Source: Candidatus Dormiibacterota bacterium
GTDB lineage: Bacteria; Chloroflexota; Dormibacteria; Aeolococcales; Aeolococcaceae
Direction of reading: 5' to 3'
DNA: 64,000 bases
NCBI GenBank assembly: GCA_963799005.1
Contig: CAWCVK010000001.1
Span: 2,012,066 to 2,076,065 of the forward strand
In this document: positions 45,194 to 53,680 of the stretch, piece by piece
Layout: each line of letters starts with the position of its first letter
How positions within the stretch are numbered: the first letter of the stretch is position 1
The notes under the pieces: generated by a model
Told to the model about the DNA's origin: nothing
What the model saw: the letters and a program-made list of their open reading frames with translations, nothing else
Databases searched by the model: none
Made by a program: the position numbers and the translations under genes

Positions 45194-46120
45194 GCCCACC
45201 GGAGGTGATCGCCGCGACCGGCGCCGCCGGCGTCGTCACTCGGGACATGCCGGCGGCGGCCCGAGCGAACTCTTCGCGATTACATCAGCCTCGCCAAGCC
45301 CCGGATCATCGTCCTGCTGCTGGTCACGGAAGTCTCGACGATGTTCATCGCGGCGCGCGGGGTTCCATCGCTCACACTGCTGTTCTGGGCGGCGCTCGGC
45401 GGCGCGCTGGCGTCGGGAGGTTCCGGCGCGATCAACTGCTGGTACGACCGCGACATCGATCGCGTCATGGCGCGGACGTGCAGCCGTCCGCTGCCGTCTG
45501 GGCGCATTCTTCCCTGGCAGGCGCTCACCTTCGGGGTGTCGTTGATCGTCGCGTCGGTTGCGGTGTTCAGCGTGGCGGTGAACACGCTCGCGGCGGCGCT
45601 GGCGCTCGGTGGTGCTCTCTTCTACGTCTTCATCTACACCATGCTGCTCAAGCGCAGAACACCGCTCAACATCGTCATCGGGGGAGCAGCCGGTGCGTTT
45701 CCACCACTCGTGGGATGGGCAGCGGTGCAGGACAACGTGGGCTGGCCGGCGTTCGTGCTCTTCGGTCTGGTGTTCCTGTGGACGCCGCCCCACTTCTGGT
45801 CGCTTGCGCTCCTGCTGCGCCGCGACTACCGCAACGCGAGCGTGCCGATGCTTCCCGGAATCATCGGCACCGCCCGGACCCACCGGCGCATCCTCCTGTA
45901 CCTGATCGCCCTCATCGCTGCGAGCCTGCTCCCCGGCCTCGTGCTCGGCATCGGCTACACGGTCGGCGCGGGTGTGCTTGGAGGCTGCTATCTCGGGCTC
46001 GCGCTATGGGCTCGCGCCAAAGGCTCGTCACACGCCGCGGCGGTGCTGTTCCACTACTCGCTCGCCTATCTCGCGCTGATCTTCGTGGTGGGCGCGATCA
46101 CGGCGGTGGTGCAGGGGTAG
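45166..46120 (+). pseudogene. ctaB: Protoheme IX farnesyltransferase (heme O synthase); probable frame break in the first ~30 codons
   Basis: The conserved body ..LRDYISLAKPRIIVLLLVTEVSTMFIA..NCWYDRDIDRVMARTCSRPLPSG..LKRRTPLNIVIGGAAGAFPPLVGW..LWTPPHFWSLAL.. is in frame 2, which has no start codon between the stop at 45206 and ATG 45341. That ATG would delete the conserved N-terminus. ATG 45166 (after AGGAGAGG) and ATG 45247 are in frame 1. The break would lie in the cggcggcggcc run near 45256. Confidence 0.75.
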
Positions 46121-47095
46121 CCACCGGCCTCGGCTCGAGAGCGCCGCGGCGGCGGCCCGCGAGCCGTCCATCGCCCTGGCGATGCCATGGCGCAGGCGCC
46201 GTTGGACTCGCCACGCCCGCTGCATCACCGGGTAGCCGGGCAGCGCTCGGAGTCGGGCGATCTGGCGTTCTGCCTCAACGTTTTGACGTGACTTCGACGC
46301 GAGCATGTGCCAGGTCAGCCGGAGATGTTGCGCCATCACGATGGGTTCGGCGTTCGTCACCGCCCGCCGCAACACGAATCCGAATTCAAATCCATCCGGA
46401 ACATCTTCGACAAATGAGGCGTCGAGTAGCTCCCAGCGCATTCCCATCTCAACGATGGTGTACTCGAGCACCGGCAGGAATTCGTCCTCCGACCAGCAGT
46501 GGGCGTGAACCGACCGCTGCCGGTTCAGTTCGAATTGTTCGTGCTCCTGCTCGGGCGTCCACGACGGATCCCAGACGTCCGTCTTCCGCAGGTAGTCCTC
46601 GATGTGCTCGTCGCTGACAACTGTGACCCGATCTCGGTGCTCGGCGATGAGATGCGCGAGTGGCGTCGCCGACCGCTTGCGGTCGAACGTGTAGCGCCGA
46701 TCGGGAAGAAACACCACAACGACCGCGCCCGGCTTCAGCACACGATGGATCTCGTCGAGCTGGGTGAGGGGATCGGCAAGATGCTCGAGCAGATGGCTCG
46801 CGATCACGAAGTCCTGGCTCTGGTCGGCGAGGGCCGAGAGGCGCTCGACATCGAGGTTGGCGACGATGTCGGGCTTGGGGAATGTGGCGCCCGGCTCGAG
46901 GTTGGTGAACAGCGCGAGGTTCTCCTCCGGCTGCCAGCGATCCACATACCGGACGGAAACGCCCGGAAACGGGATGGGCATCGGGTGATGACCCGGGCCA
47001 AGCTCCACGCCGGAGCCGTTGAGAAAGCGCGTGAGCAATCCTCGCGGCGTCGGGCTCACGGCAGCGCGGTCATCCACGCTGCCGGAGCCTAGCAT
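46028..47095 (-). CDS. Class I SAM-dependent methyltransferase-like protein
   Basis: ..GVELGPGHHPMP..VRYVDRW.., ..DFVIASHLLEHLADP.., ..LKPGAVVVVFLPD.. The last ~30 codons overlap the 3' end of ctaB (convergent, 93 nt) and look low-complexity, so the true stop may lie elsewhere. Confidence 0.6.
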   Translation of the reverse strand: MLGSGSVDDRAAVSPTPRGLLTRFLNGSGVELGPGHHPMPIPFPGVSVRYVDRWQPEENLALFTNLEPGATFPKPDIVANLDVERLSALADQSQDFVIASHLLEHLADPLTQLDEIHRVLKPGAVVVVFLPDRRYTFDRKRSATPLAHLIAEHRDRVTVVSDEHIEDYLRKTDVWDPSWTPEQEHEQFELNRQRSVHAHCWSEDEFLPVLEYTIVEMGMRWELLDASFVEDVPDGFEFGFVLRRAVTNAEPIVMAQHLRLTWHMLASKSRQNVEAERQIARLRALPGYPVMQRAWRVQRRLRHGIARAMDGSRAAAAALSSRGRWLPLHHRRDRAHHEDQREIGERVVEQHRRGV

Positions 47096-47195
47096 CCGGG
47101 TTACCCGGATGCAGCCCCCCGGGTGGTGCGCTGCCGGCCAGCCCGGCTCGTGGTTCCGAGCCGGACCGGCCGCGTTGCGCGACGTGGTGACTGGG

Positions 47196-48581
47196 TCAGT
47201 GGCCGAGAGCGGCCGCCGCCTGTGTGTCCATCGTCAACTCGATCGAGGAGATGTTCGAGCTGCTGGGGTTCTTGAGGAAGTCGATCAGATCCGCCCACAT
47301 CTTCGGCTCCCAGCTTCCCTGGAGATCGTCGAGGCTGAACACGAAGCTGCTCGCGCTGACCAGGGCCTGGGCGTCGGCCTGGGTGACGGGATCCGGGTAG
47401 GCACTCGTCTTCACCTGGTTGTTCGGCGATGCGAAGCCACCCAGGTGAGCCCATATGGTGCCGCCCTCGGGGCCGGCAAGGTACTTGATGAGCGCGGTCG
47501 CCTGTGGCGTCGCATTCAGCATCATCGCCACGTCACCCGCACCCTGGATGGCCCCGTTGTTGGCGCTGTCCGCTGCCGGCGCCGGGAATGAGAAGAAGTC
47601 GAAGCACGGCTTGCTCGCGGGGCTCGCGGTGCACGCCGCGCCGCCGGCGCCGGTCGTCCCCGGGTTGTAATTGGCGGAGTTTCCGGCGATCTCGCTGACC
47701 ACGAAGTCGCCCTCGGCCACCATCGCCGCCTGCGGCTGCGCCGGTGGCTTGGGGAACACCTTGTCCGCGCACGTCGGGTACGTGAGGGACAGCGAACCCT
47801 GCAGTCCACCAAGCAGGTACGAGGTCTGGCCGACCAGCTGGGCCATGGTCGTGAAGGCCGTGGTCACCGTCGGATCGGTCCACTTGAGAGTGTGCGTCGC
47901 CAGCTTGCCGTAGTCCGCGGCGCCGGCGGTCTTGAGATAGATGTTCTGCCACATATCCGCGACCGGCCAGCCGATGTCGGTGCACAACGAGAAGGGTGTC
48001 TCACCGGCTGCCTTCAGCTGCGCGGCGTCGGTGAGCAGCTGCTCCCACGTGGTGGGCGGCGACGCGATGCCCGCCGCGGTGAACAGCGCCGGGTTGTAAA
48101 AGATGGTGTTCTTGTTCGCGCCCTTGAACCACACGCCGTACAGCTTGCCGTTGTAGGTCGCCAGCGTGTTCCATGCGGCACCGAAGTTGGAGGCCATGCC
48201 GCCGACGATGCTGGTCAGATCCTTGATCGAGCCTTGCTTGGCCAGGGTTTGCAGCGTGCCCGGGTCGGCGACGAGGGCCACGTCCGGCGGTGACCCGCCC
48301 GAAACCGCGGTGGTGAGCACGGTGCTCATGTTGTTGCCCTTGCCCTGGTAGTTCACGGTGATGCCAGTCGACGCCTCAAACGGCGCCAGCGCGGCCAGGA
48401 AGTCCTGCTGCTCCTGTGACGTCCATTCGGCCCAGAGCGTGACCGATCCGCCGATCTTCGCGCTCGATGAGCTCGAACTCGATGACGTTGCGGGCGTCGA
48501 TGTCGAACCGCATGCGGTCGCGATTCCCAGGACTCCGGTCGTCACCACCGCCAGCCTGCTCAGCGTGCTGACCTGCGTCAT
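47196..48581 (-). CDS. Carbohydrate ABC transporter substrate-binding lipoprotein (family 1)
   Basis: ATG 48581 follows GAGGAGG. Lipobox ..VLGIATAC-GS, a poly-Ser linker, then ..VTLWAEWTSQEQQDFLAALAPFEASTGITVNYQG.. The upstream 140 codons of track ORF 47196..49001 are not coding. Confidence 0.8.
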   Translation of the reverse strand: MTQVSTLSRLAVVTTGVLGIATACGSTSTPATSSSSSSSSAKIGGSVTLWAEWTSQEQQDFLAALAPFEASTGITVNYQGKGNNMSTVLTTAVSGGSPPDVALVADPGTLQTLAKQGSIKDLTSIVGGMASNFGAAWNTLATYNGKLYGVWFKGANKNTIFYNPALFTAAGIASPPTTWEQLLTDAAQLKAAGETPFSLCTDIGWPVADMWQNIYLKTAGAADYGKLATHTLKWTDPTVTTAFTTMAQLVGQTSYLLGGLQGSLSLTYPTCADKVFPKPPAQPQAAMVAEGDFVVSEIAGNSANYNPGTTGAGGAACTASPASKPCFDFFSFPAPAADSANNGAIQGAGDVAMMLNATPQATALIKYLAGPEGGTIWAHLGGFASPNNQVKTSAYPDPVTQADAQALVSASSFVFSLDDLQGSWEPKMWADLIDFLKNPSSSNISSIELTMDTQAAAALGH

Positions 48582-48771
48582 AAAGGTCCTCCTCACGGGG
48601 GCAAAACCCTCGCCCAGCCCCCGGCGATCCAGTGCGTAATGCATCGGTGTACTCCACCTGTCCGCGAAACGCAACTGCCGCAGATCGGTTCTCATACCAA
48701 TGGGTGATACCGGGGTTGCGGTCGCCCGTCCGCACAAGTAGCATCTCCGGCACTGTGGTGAAGGCTCGAAC

Positions 48772-50211
48772 GTGGCGGTAGCCGTTCCGACCTCCGAATC
48801 CCTGCCGGCTGCGCCCGCGGAAATCCTGCCGACCACGAGCACGCCGGCGGGCGGTGGCGGCTTCCGAAGCCACCTCGGCTCGCTGCTCTTCCTCCTTCCA
48901 GGTGCTGTCTGGCTGCTGATCATCGTGGTGTATCCGTTCATCGCCACCGTGGTGCGGAGCCTGTTCGATGCCAGCGGCCAGAACTTCATCGGGCTCGGCA
49001 ACTACAAAGCCGTCTTCTCGACGACCGACATCATCGTCTCGCTCAAGAACAACGTCGTCTGGGTCGTGCTGTTTCCGTTCCTGGTCACGTTCTTCGGCCT
49101 CGTCTTCGCGGTGCTCACCGAACGCATCCGTTGGTCGACGGCGTTCAAGACGATCGTGTTCATGCCGCTCGTGTTCAGCGCGACCGCCGCGGGGTTGACG
49201 TGGGCGTCGATCTTCTTCATCGATCCCCATACCGGCATGGTCAACGCCGCGATTCAGGGAGTCAGCAACGCCGTCAATCCCCCGGGGCTGTACCCGATCG
49301 ACCCGACCACCGGTCAGACGGTGTCGGGCCTGGCCGCCACCGGGGTGCAGCCGGGACCGGGAGGCACCCTCGAGAGCAAGACGACCGTCGCTGCGGGAGG
49401 CACCCTCGAACTCGGACTCATCGCGATCAGTCCCACGGCGTTGCAGCAGAACGGAGCGGTCGCGGCGGTGGCGCCGACGGCGGCGTCGGGAGCGGTCACC
49501 GGGCTGGTGTGGCGTGACTTCTCACCGACTCACCCCACTCAGCGAGGCCAGATATTCCCCGACGAGGATGGCGTCCCGGGGTTGCATCTCTCGCTGCTGA
49601 GCTCGGGCGGCTCCGCCACGGCGACCACCACCACGGCGGCGAATGGCACGTTCAAGTTCGACGGTGTCGGCTCGGGCAACTACCGGGTGCAGATCGACGC
49701 CAGCAACTTCCATGCTGGCTTCAGCGGCATCTTCTTTCTCGGCACGCAATCGCTGACGCCGACCAGCTCGTTGAGCCCGACAATGCAGGCGATCCTGAGC
49801 CTGCCGATCGTCGACATCGCGATGATCATCGGCTACCTCTGGATCTGGGCAGGCTTTGCGATGGTGGTCATCGGCGCCGGGCTCGCCGCCTTGAACCGCG
49901 AGGTGCTCGAGGCCGCGCAGATCGACGGTGCCAGTGAGTGGCAGACCCTGCGCCGGGTGACCGTGCCAATGCTGATGCCGGTGCTCGTCGTGGTATTCGT
50001 CACAATGCTCATCAACGTCCTCAAGATCTTCGACATCATCCTGAACATGGCGGCTCCGTCGTCGCAGGCAGGGGCGGCCACGATCGCGGTGGACATCTAC
50101 AACGACTTCGAGAGTACGACGGGCCAGGGACTCGCTGCCGCGCTCGCCGTGGTGCTTTTCGTCCTTGTTGTTCCGGCGATGCTGTTCAACCTCAAGAGGA
50201 TCCGCGGATGA
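48772..50211 (+). CDS. Carbohydrate ABC permease (MalF/UgpA-like) with a ~190-aa extracytoplasmic insertion containing a SdrD-B/Cna-B-like beta-sandwich
   Basis: TM1-3 (..LFLLPGAVWLLIIVVYPF.., ..VVWVVLFPFLVTFFGLVFAV.., ..FMPLVFSATAAGLTWASIFF), then a long loop (residues ~151-345). The EAA-type region follows (..NREVLEAAQIDGASEWQTLRRVTVPML..). The loop segment ..FPDEDGVPGLHLSLL..TTTTAANGTFKFDGVGSGNYRVQIDA.. has the SdrD-B-like pattern. Confidence 0.8.
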   Translation: MAVAVPTSESLPAAPAEILPTTSTPAGGGGFRSHLGSLLFLLPGAVWLLIIVVYPFIATVVRSLFDASGQNFIGLGNYKAVFSTTDIIVSLKNNVVWVVLFPFLVTFFGLVFAVLTERIRWSTAFKTIVFMPLVFSATAAGLTWASIFFIDPHTGMVNAAIQGVSNAVNPPGLYPIDPTTGQTVSGLAATGVQPGPGGTLESKTTVAAGGTLELGLIAISPTALQQNGAVAAVAPTAASGAVTGLVWRDFSPTHPTQRGQIFPDEDGVPGLHLSLLSSGGSATATTTTAANGTFKFDGVGSGNYRVQIDASNFHAGFSGIFFLGTQSLTPTSSLSPTMQAILSLPIVDIAMIIGYLWIWAGFAMVVIGAGLAALNREVLEAAQIDGASEWQTLRRVTVPMLMPVLVVVFVTMLINVLKIFDIILNMAAPSSQAGAATIAVDIYNDFESTTGQGLAAALAVVLFVLVVPAMLFNLKRIRG

Positions 50212-51125
50212 GCGTGCAGGCTGCGTCGTTGCCGGTCGCTGCTCAGGCGAAGCAGCAGCGCTTTCGTCTGCGCCCGACGCGCATCGTCCTCAACGTCGCA
50301 CTCGCGGCCGTTGCGATCTTCTGGCTGGTGCCCTCGATCGGCATCGCGATCATCTCGCTCCGGCCCAACAGCGCCTTCGAGCAGTCCGGATGGTGGACGG
50401 TGCTCACCGCACCGGCGCAGTTGACGTTCTCCAACTACCAGGGCCTGTTGTCCGCGGGGTTCAAGGCGGGTGGCGTGCTCGACTCGCTGACAACATCGAT
50501 CGCGATCACGGTGCCGGTCACGATCCTGGTCACGCTGATCTCGAGCCTCACCGCGTACTCGCTCGTGTTCGGCAGATGGCGGGGACGGACACTGGTCTTT
50601 CTGCTCATCGTCGCGATGCTCGTTCTGCCGTTGCAGATGGCGCTGATCCCGGTCGCCAGCCTGTACAAGGTTGTTGACACCGCCACAGGGCTGCACTTTT
50701 TCGGTTCGGTGATCGGCACGGTCATCTTCCACGTGGCCTTCGGCTTGCCGTTCGGTATCTTCCTGATGCGCAACTTCTACTCGGGCATCCCGCATGATCT
50801 CCTCGAAGCGGGACGGATCGACGGAGCGGGGGAGTGGACGCTGTTCCGGAAAGTCGTGTTGCCGATCGGCATTCCCGCGCTGGCGTCGCTCGCCATCTTC
50901 CAGTTCATCTGGGTCTGGAACGACCTGCTCGTTGCGCTGGTCTTCCTGGGGGCCAGCCCCCACATCACGCTGACGATGTTCCTCTACGGGCAGACCCGAG
51001 CCCTGGCCAACAACTATTACGTCATCTCGACGGGTGCGATGATCTCGATCGTCATTCCCTTGATCGTGTTCTTTGCCTTCCAGCGGTACTTCGTCCGTGG
51101 CGTGCTCGCCGGGGCGGTCAAATGA
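50208..51125 (+). CDS. Carbohydrate ABC permease (MalG/UgpE-like)
   Basis: ATG 50208 makes an ATGA overlap with the upstream stop. ..LRPTRIVLNVALAAVAIFWLVP.., and the EAA motif ..DLLEAGRIDGAGEWTLFRKVVLPIGIPAL.. Confidence 0.85.
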   Translation: MSVQAASLPVAAQAKQQRFRLRPTRIVLNVALAAVAIFWLVPSIGIAIISLRPNSAFEQSGWWTVLTAPAQLTFSNYQGLLSAGFKAGGVLDSLTTSIAITVPVTILVTLISSLTAYSLVFGRWRGRTLVFLLIVAMLVLPLQMALIPVASLYKVVDTATGLHFFGSVIGTVIFHVAFGLPFGIFLMRNFYSGIPHDLLEAGRIDGAGEWTLFRKVVLPIGIPALASLAIFQFIWVWNDLLVALVFLGASPHITLTMFLYGQTRALANNYYVISTGAMISIVIPLIVFFAFQRYFVRGVLAGAVK

Positions 51126-51135
51126 GGAGCGTGCC

Positions 51136-52290
51136 ATGGCCGGCGTAGTCCTCGACGATCTGACCAAGCGCTACGACGGGGGTGCGCTCGCGGTCAACAA
51201 GCTCAACCTCGATATCCACGACGGGGAGTTCGTCTGCCTGGTCGGACCGTCGGGATGCGGCAAGACCACCGCACTGCGCATGATCGCGGGACTCGAGGAG
51301 ATCACCAGCGGCCAGGTGCGGATCGGGGATCGCGTCGTCAACAACCTGCCGCCGCGCGACCGCGACATCGCCATGGTGTTCCAGAGCTACGCGCTCTACC
51401 CGCACATGAGCGTGCGCGACAACATGGCATTCGGTCTGCAGCTCCGCAAGACGCCCAAGGCGGACATCGACAAGGCCGTGGTGGAGGCGGCGCGCATTCT
51501 CGATCTGGAACGCTTCCTCGACCGCAAGCCCGGGCAGCTGTCCGGAGGGCAGCGCCAGCGGGTTGCGCTCGGACGCGCGATCGTTCGTGAGCCCGCCGTG
51601 TTCCTGATGGACGAACCGCTGTCGAACCTGGACGCGAAGCTGCGCGTCCAGACCCGCGCCGAGATCGCTCGGATGCACACGCGTCTCGAGGCGACGATGA
51701 TCTACGTCACCCATGACCAGGTCGAGGCGATGACCATGGGCGACCGGATCGCGGTGATCAACGAGGGCGTGCTGCAGCAGGCGGGGACTCCGAAGGAGCT
51801 CTACGAGCTTCCTCAGAATCGGTTCGTCGCCGGCTTCATCGGGTCGCCGTCGATGAACTTCATCGACCTCAAGGTCACGCAGGAGGGTGGGGTGGTCCGC
51901 CTCACCGGCGAGGGAGCCGAGATGCGGCCGGACGACACCGAGTCGGCGCTGCTGCGCGACCTCGGTCTGGACTCGGTGACCGTCGGATTCCGGCCCGAGC
52001 ACCTCGAGCTCGCAGCGCTCTCCGGGCCCGGCCTGAGCGTGACCGTCGTGGTCGACGTCGTTGAATTCCTCGGGAACGACGAGCTCATCCACGGCAGCAG
52101 CGAGGGGCGCGACGTGGTGGCGATCATCAACGCCGACAACATCTTGAAGGTCGGCGATTCGGTCACCCTGGCGGCGCCGCCCCGACGTCTCCACATCTTC
52201 AATCCGGCGACCGGGCTCCGGGTCGCCCAGAACGGTGCGCCCGCGACGGCCGGGGCGGCAGGTGGCGACGGCACGGGTTTGAACGCCTAG
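51136..52290 (+). CDS. Carbohydrate ABC transporter ATP-binding protein (MalK/UgpC/MsiK-like)
   Basis: ..LVGPSGCGKTT.., ..LSGGQRQRVALGRA.., ..FLMDEPLSNLDAKLR.., and a C-terminal regulatory (TOBE/MalK-type) domain. Confidence 0.9.
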   Translation: MAGVVLDDLTKRYDGGALAVNKLNLDIHDGEFVCLVGPSGCGKTTALRMIAGLEEITSGQVRIGDRVVNNLPPRDRDIAMVFQSYALYPHMSVRDNMAFGLQLRKTPKADIDKAVVEAARILDLERFLDRKPGQLSGGQRQRVALGRAIVREPAVFLMDEPLSNLDAKLRVQTRAEIARMHTRLEATMIYVTHDQVEAMTMGDRIAVINEGVLQQAGTPKELYELPQNRFVAGFIGSPSMNFIDLKVTQEGGVVRLTGEGAEMRPDDTESALLRDLGLDSVTVGFRPEHLELAALSGPGLSVTVVVDVVEFLGNDELIHGSSEGRDVVAIINADNILKVGDSVTLAAPPRRLHIFNPATGLRVAQNGAPATAGAAGGDGTGLNA

Positions 52291-52291
52291 G

Positions 52292-52304
52292 ATTGTGCTA
52301 CAAT
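52292..52304 (+). promoter_or_regulatory. GntR/FadR-type operator ATTGTGCTACAAT overlapping an extended -10-like TGcTACAAT
   Basis: Perfect palindrome TTGT-gct-ACAA (T-GT-N3-AC-A pattern) in a locally AT-richer patch just after the ABC ATPase stop. It lies upstream of the small ORF and the GntR gene. The same 12-mer recurs at 53681..53693 on the other strand. Confidence 0.6.
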
Positions 52305-52338
52305 CTGCTTCAGGATCAATCCCCCTGGAGCAATTGAG

Positions 52339-52491
52339 ATGACATCAATATTCTGGCTCACGCTGAGAGCCCTGTACGGTATGGAGACTGGACGATCGTG
52401 TCGTTCGTGTGGCGAGCCGATCGCCCGCCGGGATGCGTTCGGAACCAGTGAAGGCGTCTGCCGCCGCTGCCGCGACCGCGCCCGCGCGTAG
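52339..52491 (+). CDS. Possible small zinc-ribbon protein (CxxC-N17-CxxC; 50 aa from ATG 52339 or 36 aa from ATG 52381)
   Basis: Below the ORF-track size cut-off; found by reading the gap. METGRSCRSCGEPIARRDAFGTSEGVCRRCRDRARA*. The first 14 codons use rare A/T-ending codons, so the shorter form is more likely if it is real. Confidence 0.3.
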   Translation: MTSIFWLTLRALYGMETGRSCRSCGEPIARRDAFGTSEGVCRRCRDRARA

Positions 52492-52530
52492 TCGAGCCTC
52501 CGCACAACTGAAGGCCGCGACCGCCCCAGG

Positions 52531-53247
52531 TTGCGCGCGTCGGTGATCCGCCGGCACACGACCTCACGCGTCGAGATGCTCGAGGACGAGCTCGAACGCC
52601 AGGTGCTCGACGGACGATTCGAGCCTGGCGAGCATCTCGGCGAGATCGCGCTCGCCGAGGAGTTCGACGTCGGGCGCAACACGCTTCGCGCCGCCTTCGA
52701 CGGGCTGGTCCGCCGGGGCCTGCTCGTCAAATCGCGCAACCGCGGCGTCTTCGTTCGGGCCCTCGACGCTCACGACCTCGCCGAGATCTACGAGCTGCGG
52801 ACCGCGATCGAGGTGCAGGCGTCGCGGACGCTCGCCGCCCGCAGCCGCGTCCCCGACGCTGCTCGGACTGCTCTCGACCAGCATCAGCGCCTCGGCCCGC
52901 GCTCGTCGCACCGTGCCGTGGTCGAGGCGGACCTCGCCTTTCACCGTGCGCTCGTCGTCGGGACCGGCAACGCCCGCCTGACGCGCGCGTACACGAATCT
53001 CGAGGTTGAGATTCTCCTCTGCCTGGCTCAGCTGGTCCAGGGCTACGCGTCGGTGGGTCAGCTGGCGGGCGAGCACGGTGCGCTGCTCGAGGCCATCGAC
53101 GCGGGCAGGCCCGAGGCCGCGGAGGCGGTCATCCGCCACCACCTGGAGAGCGCCACGACCTGGCTCGTCGAGCACGCGACCGCCGCCGAGGACGAGGCCT
53201 ATGCGCTTGGCAGGACGGCAGCGACAGGGTCGAGCGACCTCGGATAG
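52531..53247 (+). CDS. GntR-family transcriptional regulator, FadR subfamily (winged HTH + FCD domain)
   Basis: ..LERQVLDGRFEPGEHLGEIALAEEFDVGRNTLRAAFDGLVRRGLLVKSRNRGVFV.. is the wHTH. ..EIYELRTAIEVQASR..DLAFHRALV..EHGALLEAIDAGRPEAAEAVIRHHL.. is the FCD. The start is uncertain (TTG 52531 or ATG 52576). Confidence 0.85.
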   Translation: MRASVIRRHTTSRVEMLEDELERQVLDGRFEPGEHLGEIALAEEFDVGRNTLRAAFDGLVRRGLLVKSRNRGVFVRALDAHDLAEIYELRTAIEVQASRTLAARSRVPDAARTALDQHQRLGPRSSHRAVVEADLAFHRALVVGTGNARLTRAYTNLEVEILLCLAQLVQGYASVGQLAGEHGALLEAIDAGRPEAAEAVIRHHLESATTWLVEHATAAEDEAYALGRTAATGSSDLG

Positions 53248-53642
53248 ACCTCGTCGATCAGCGGGCTCGAAAGGATGAAGTCGGCAGTCGCGCGATTGCA
53301 GGCCATCGGGATGTTGTGCACCACGGCGATGCGGAGAAGCGCCTTGACGTCGACGTCGTGCGGATGGGGTTCGAGCGGATCCCAGAAGAAGATGATCACG
53401 TCGATCCGTCCCTCGGCGATCGCGGCGCCCACCTGCTGATCGCCGCCGAGCGGACCGGTGAGGAACCGGTGCACGGGCAGGTCCAGCTCATTGGCGACCA
53501 TCGACCCGGTGGTGCCGGTGCCCAGAAGGTCGTGGCGCGCGAGCGTCTCGCGGTTGAAGCGCGCCCACTCGAGCAGGTCCGCCTTCTTGTTGTCGTGGGC
53601 GATGAGCACGATCTGTTTTCGTCGCGGACCTGAACGTGGCAC
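53199..53642 (-). CDS. mgsA: Methylglyoxal synthase
   Basis: GTG 53642 follows GGGAGG. ..IVLIAHDNKKADLLEWA..HDLLGTGTTG..LTGPLGGDQQVGA..GRIDVIIFFWDPLEPHPHDVDVKALLRIAVVHNIPMACNRATAD.. is the canonical MgsA sequence. Confidence 0.9.
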   Translation of the reverse strand: MPRSGPRRKQIVLIAHDNKKADLLEWARFNRETLARHDLLGTGTTGSMVANELDLPVHRFLTGPLGGDQQVGAAIAEGRIDVIIFFWDPLEPHPHDVDVKALLRIAVVHNIPMACNRATADFILSSPLIDEVYPRSLDPVAAVLPSA

Positions 53643-53680
53643 GGTATGCCTCCCGCTGAGTCGGTGCGATTTCCTATAAG

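Noticed and set aside
5771-46120. Programmed ribosomal frameshifting or transcriptional slippage as the explanation for the frame breaks.
   Set aside because: There are too many sites (~25) in functionally unrelated genes. I saw no shared slippery heptamer or downstream structure, and some genes would need two or three shifts within tens of nucleotides. Known programmed shifts such as prfB and dnaX involve single, conserved sites.
52291-52345. The locally AT-richer patch as a mobile-element scar or insertion boundary.
   Set aside because: It has no flanking direct or inverted repeats, no integrase or transposase nearby and no tRNA. The patch is fully explained by a promoter/operator-like element (the ATTGTGCTACAAT palindrome).
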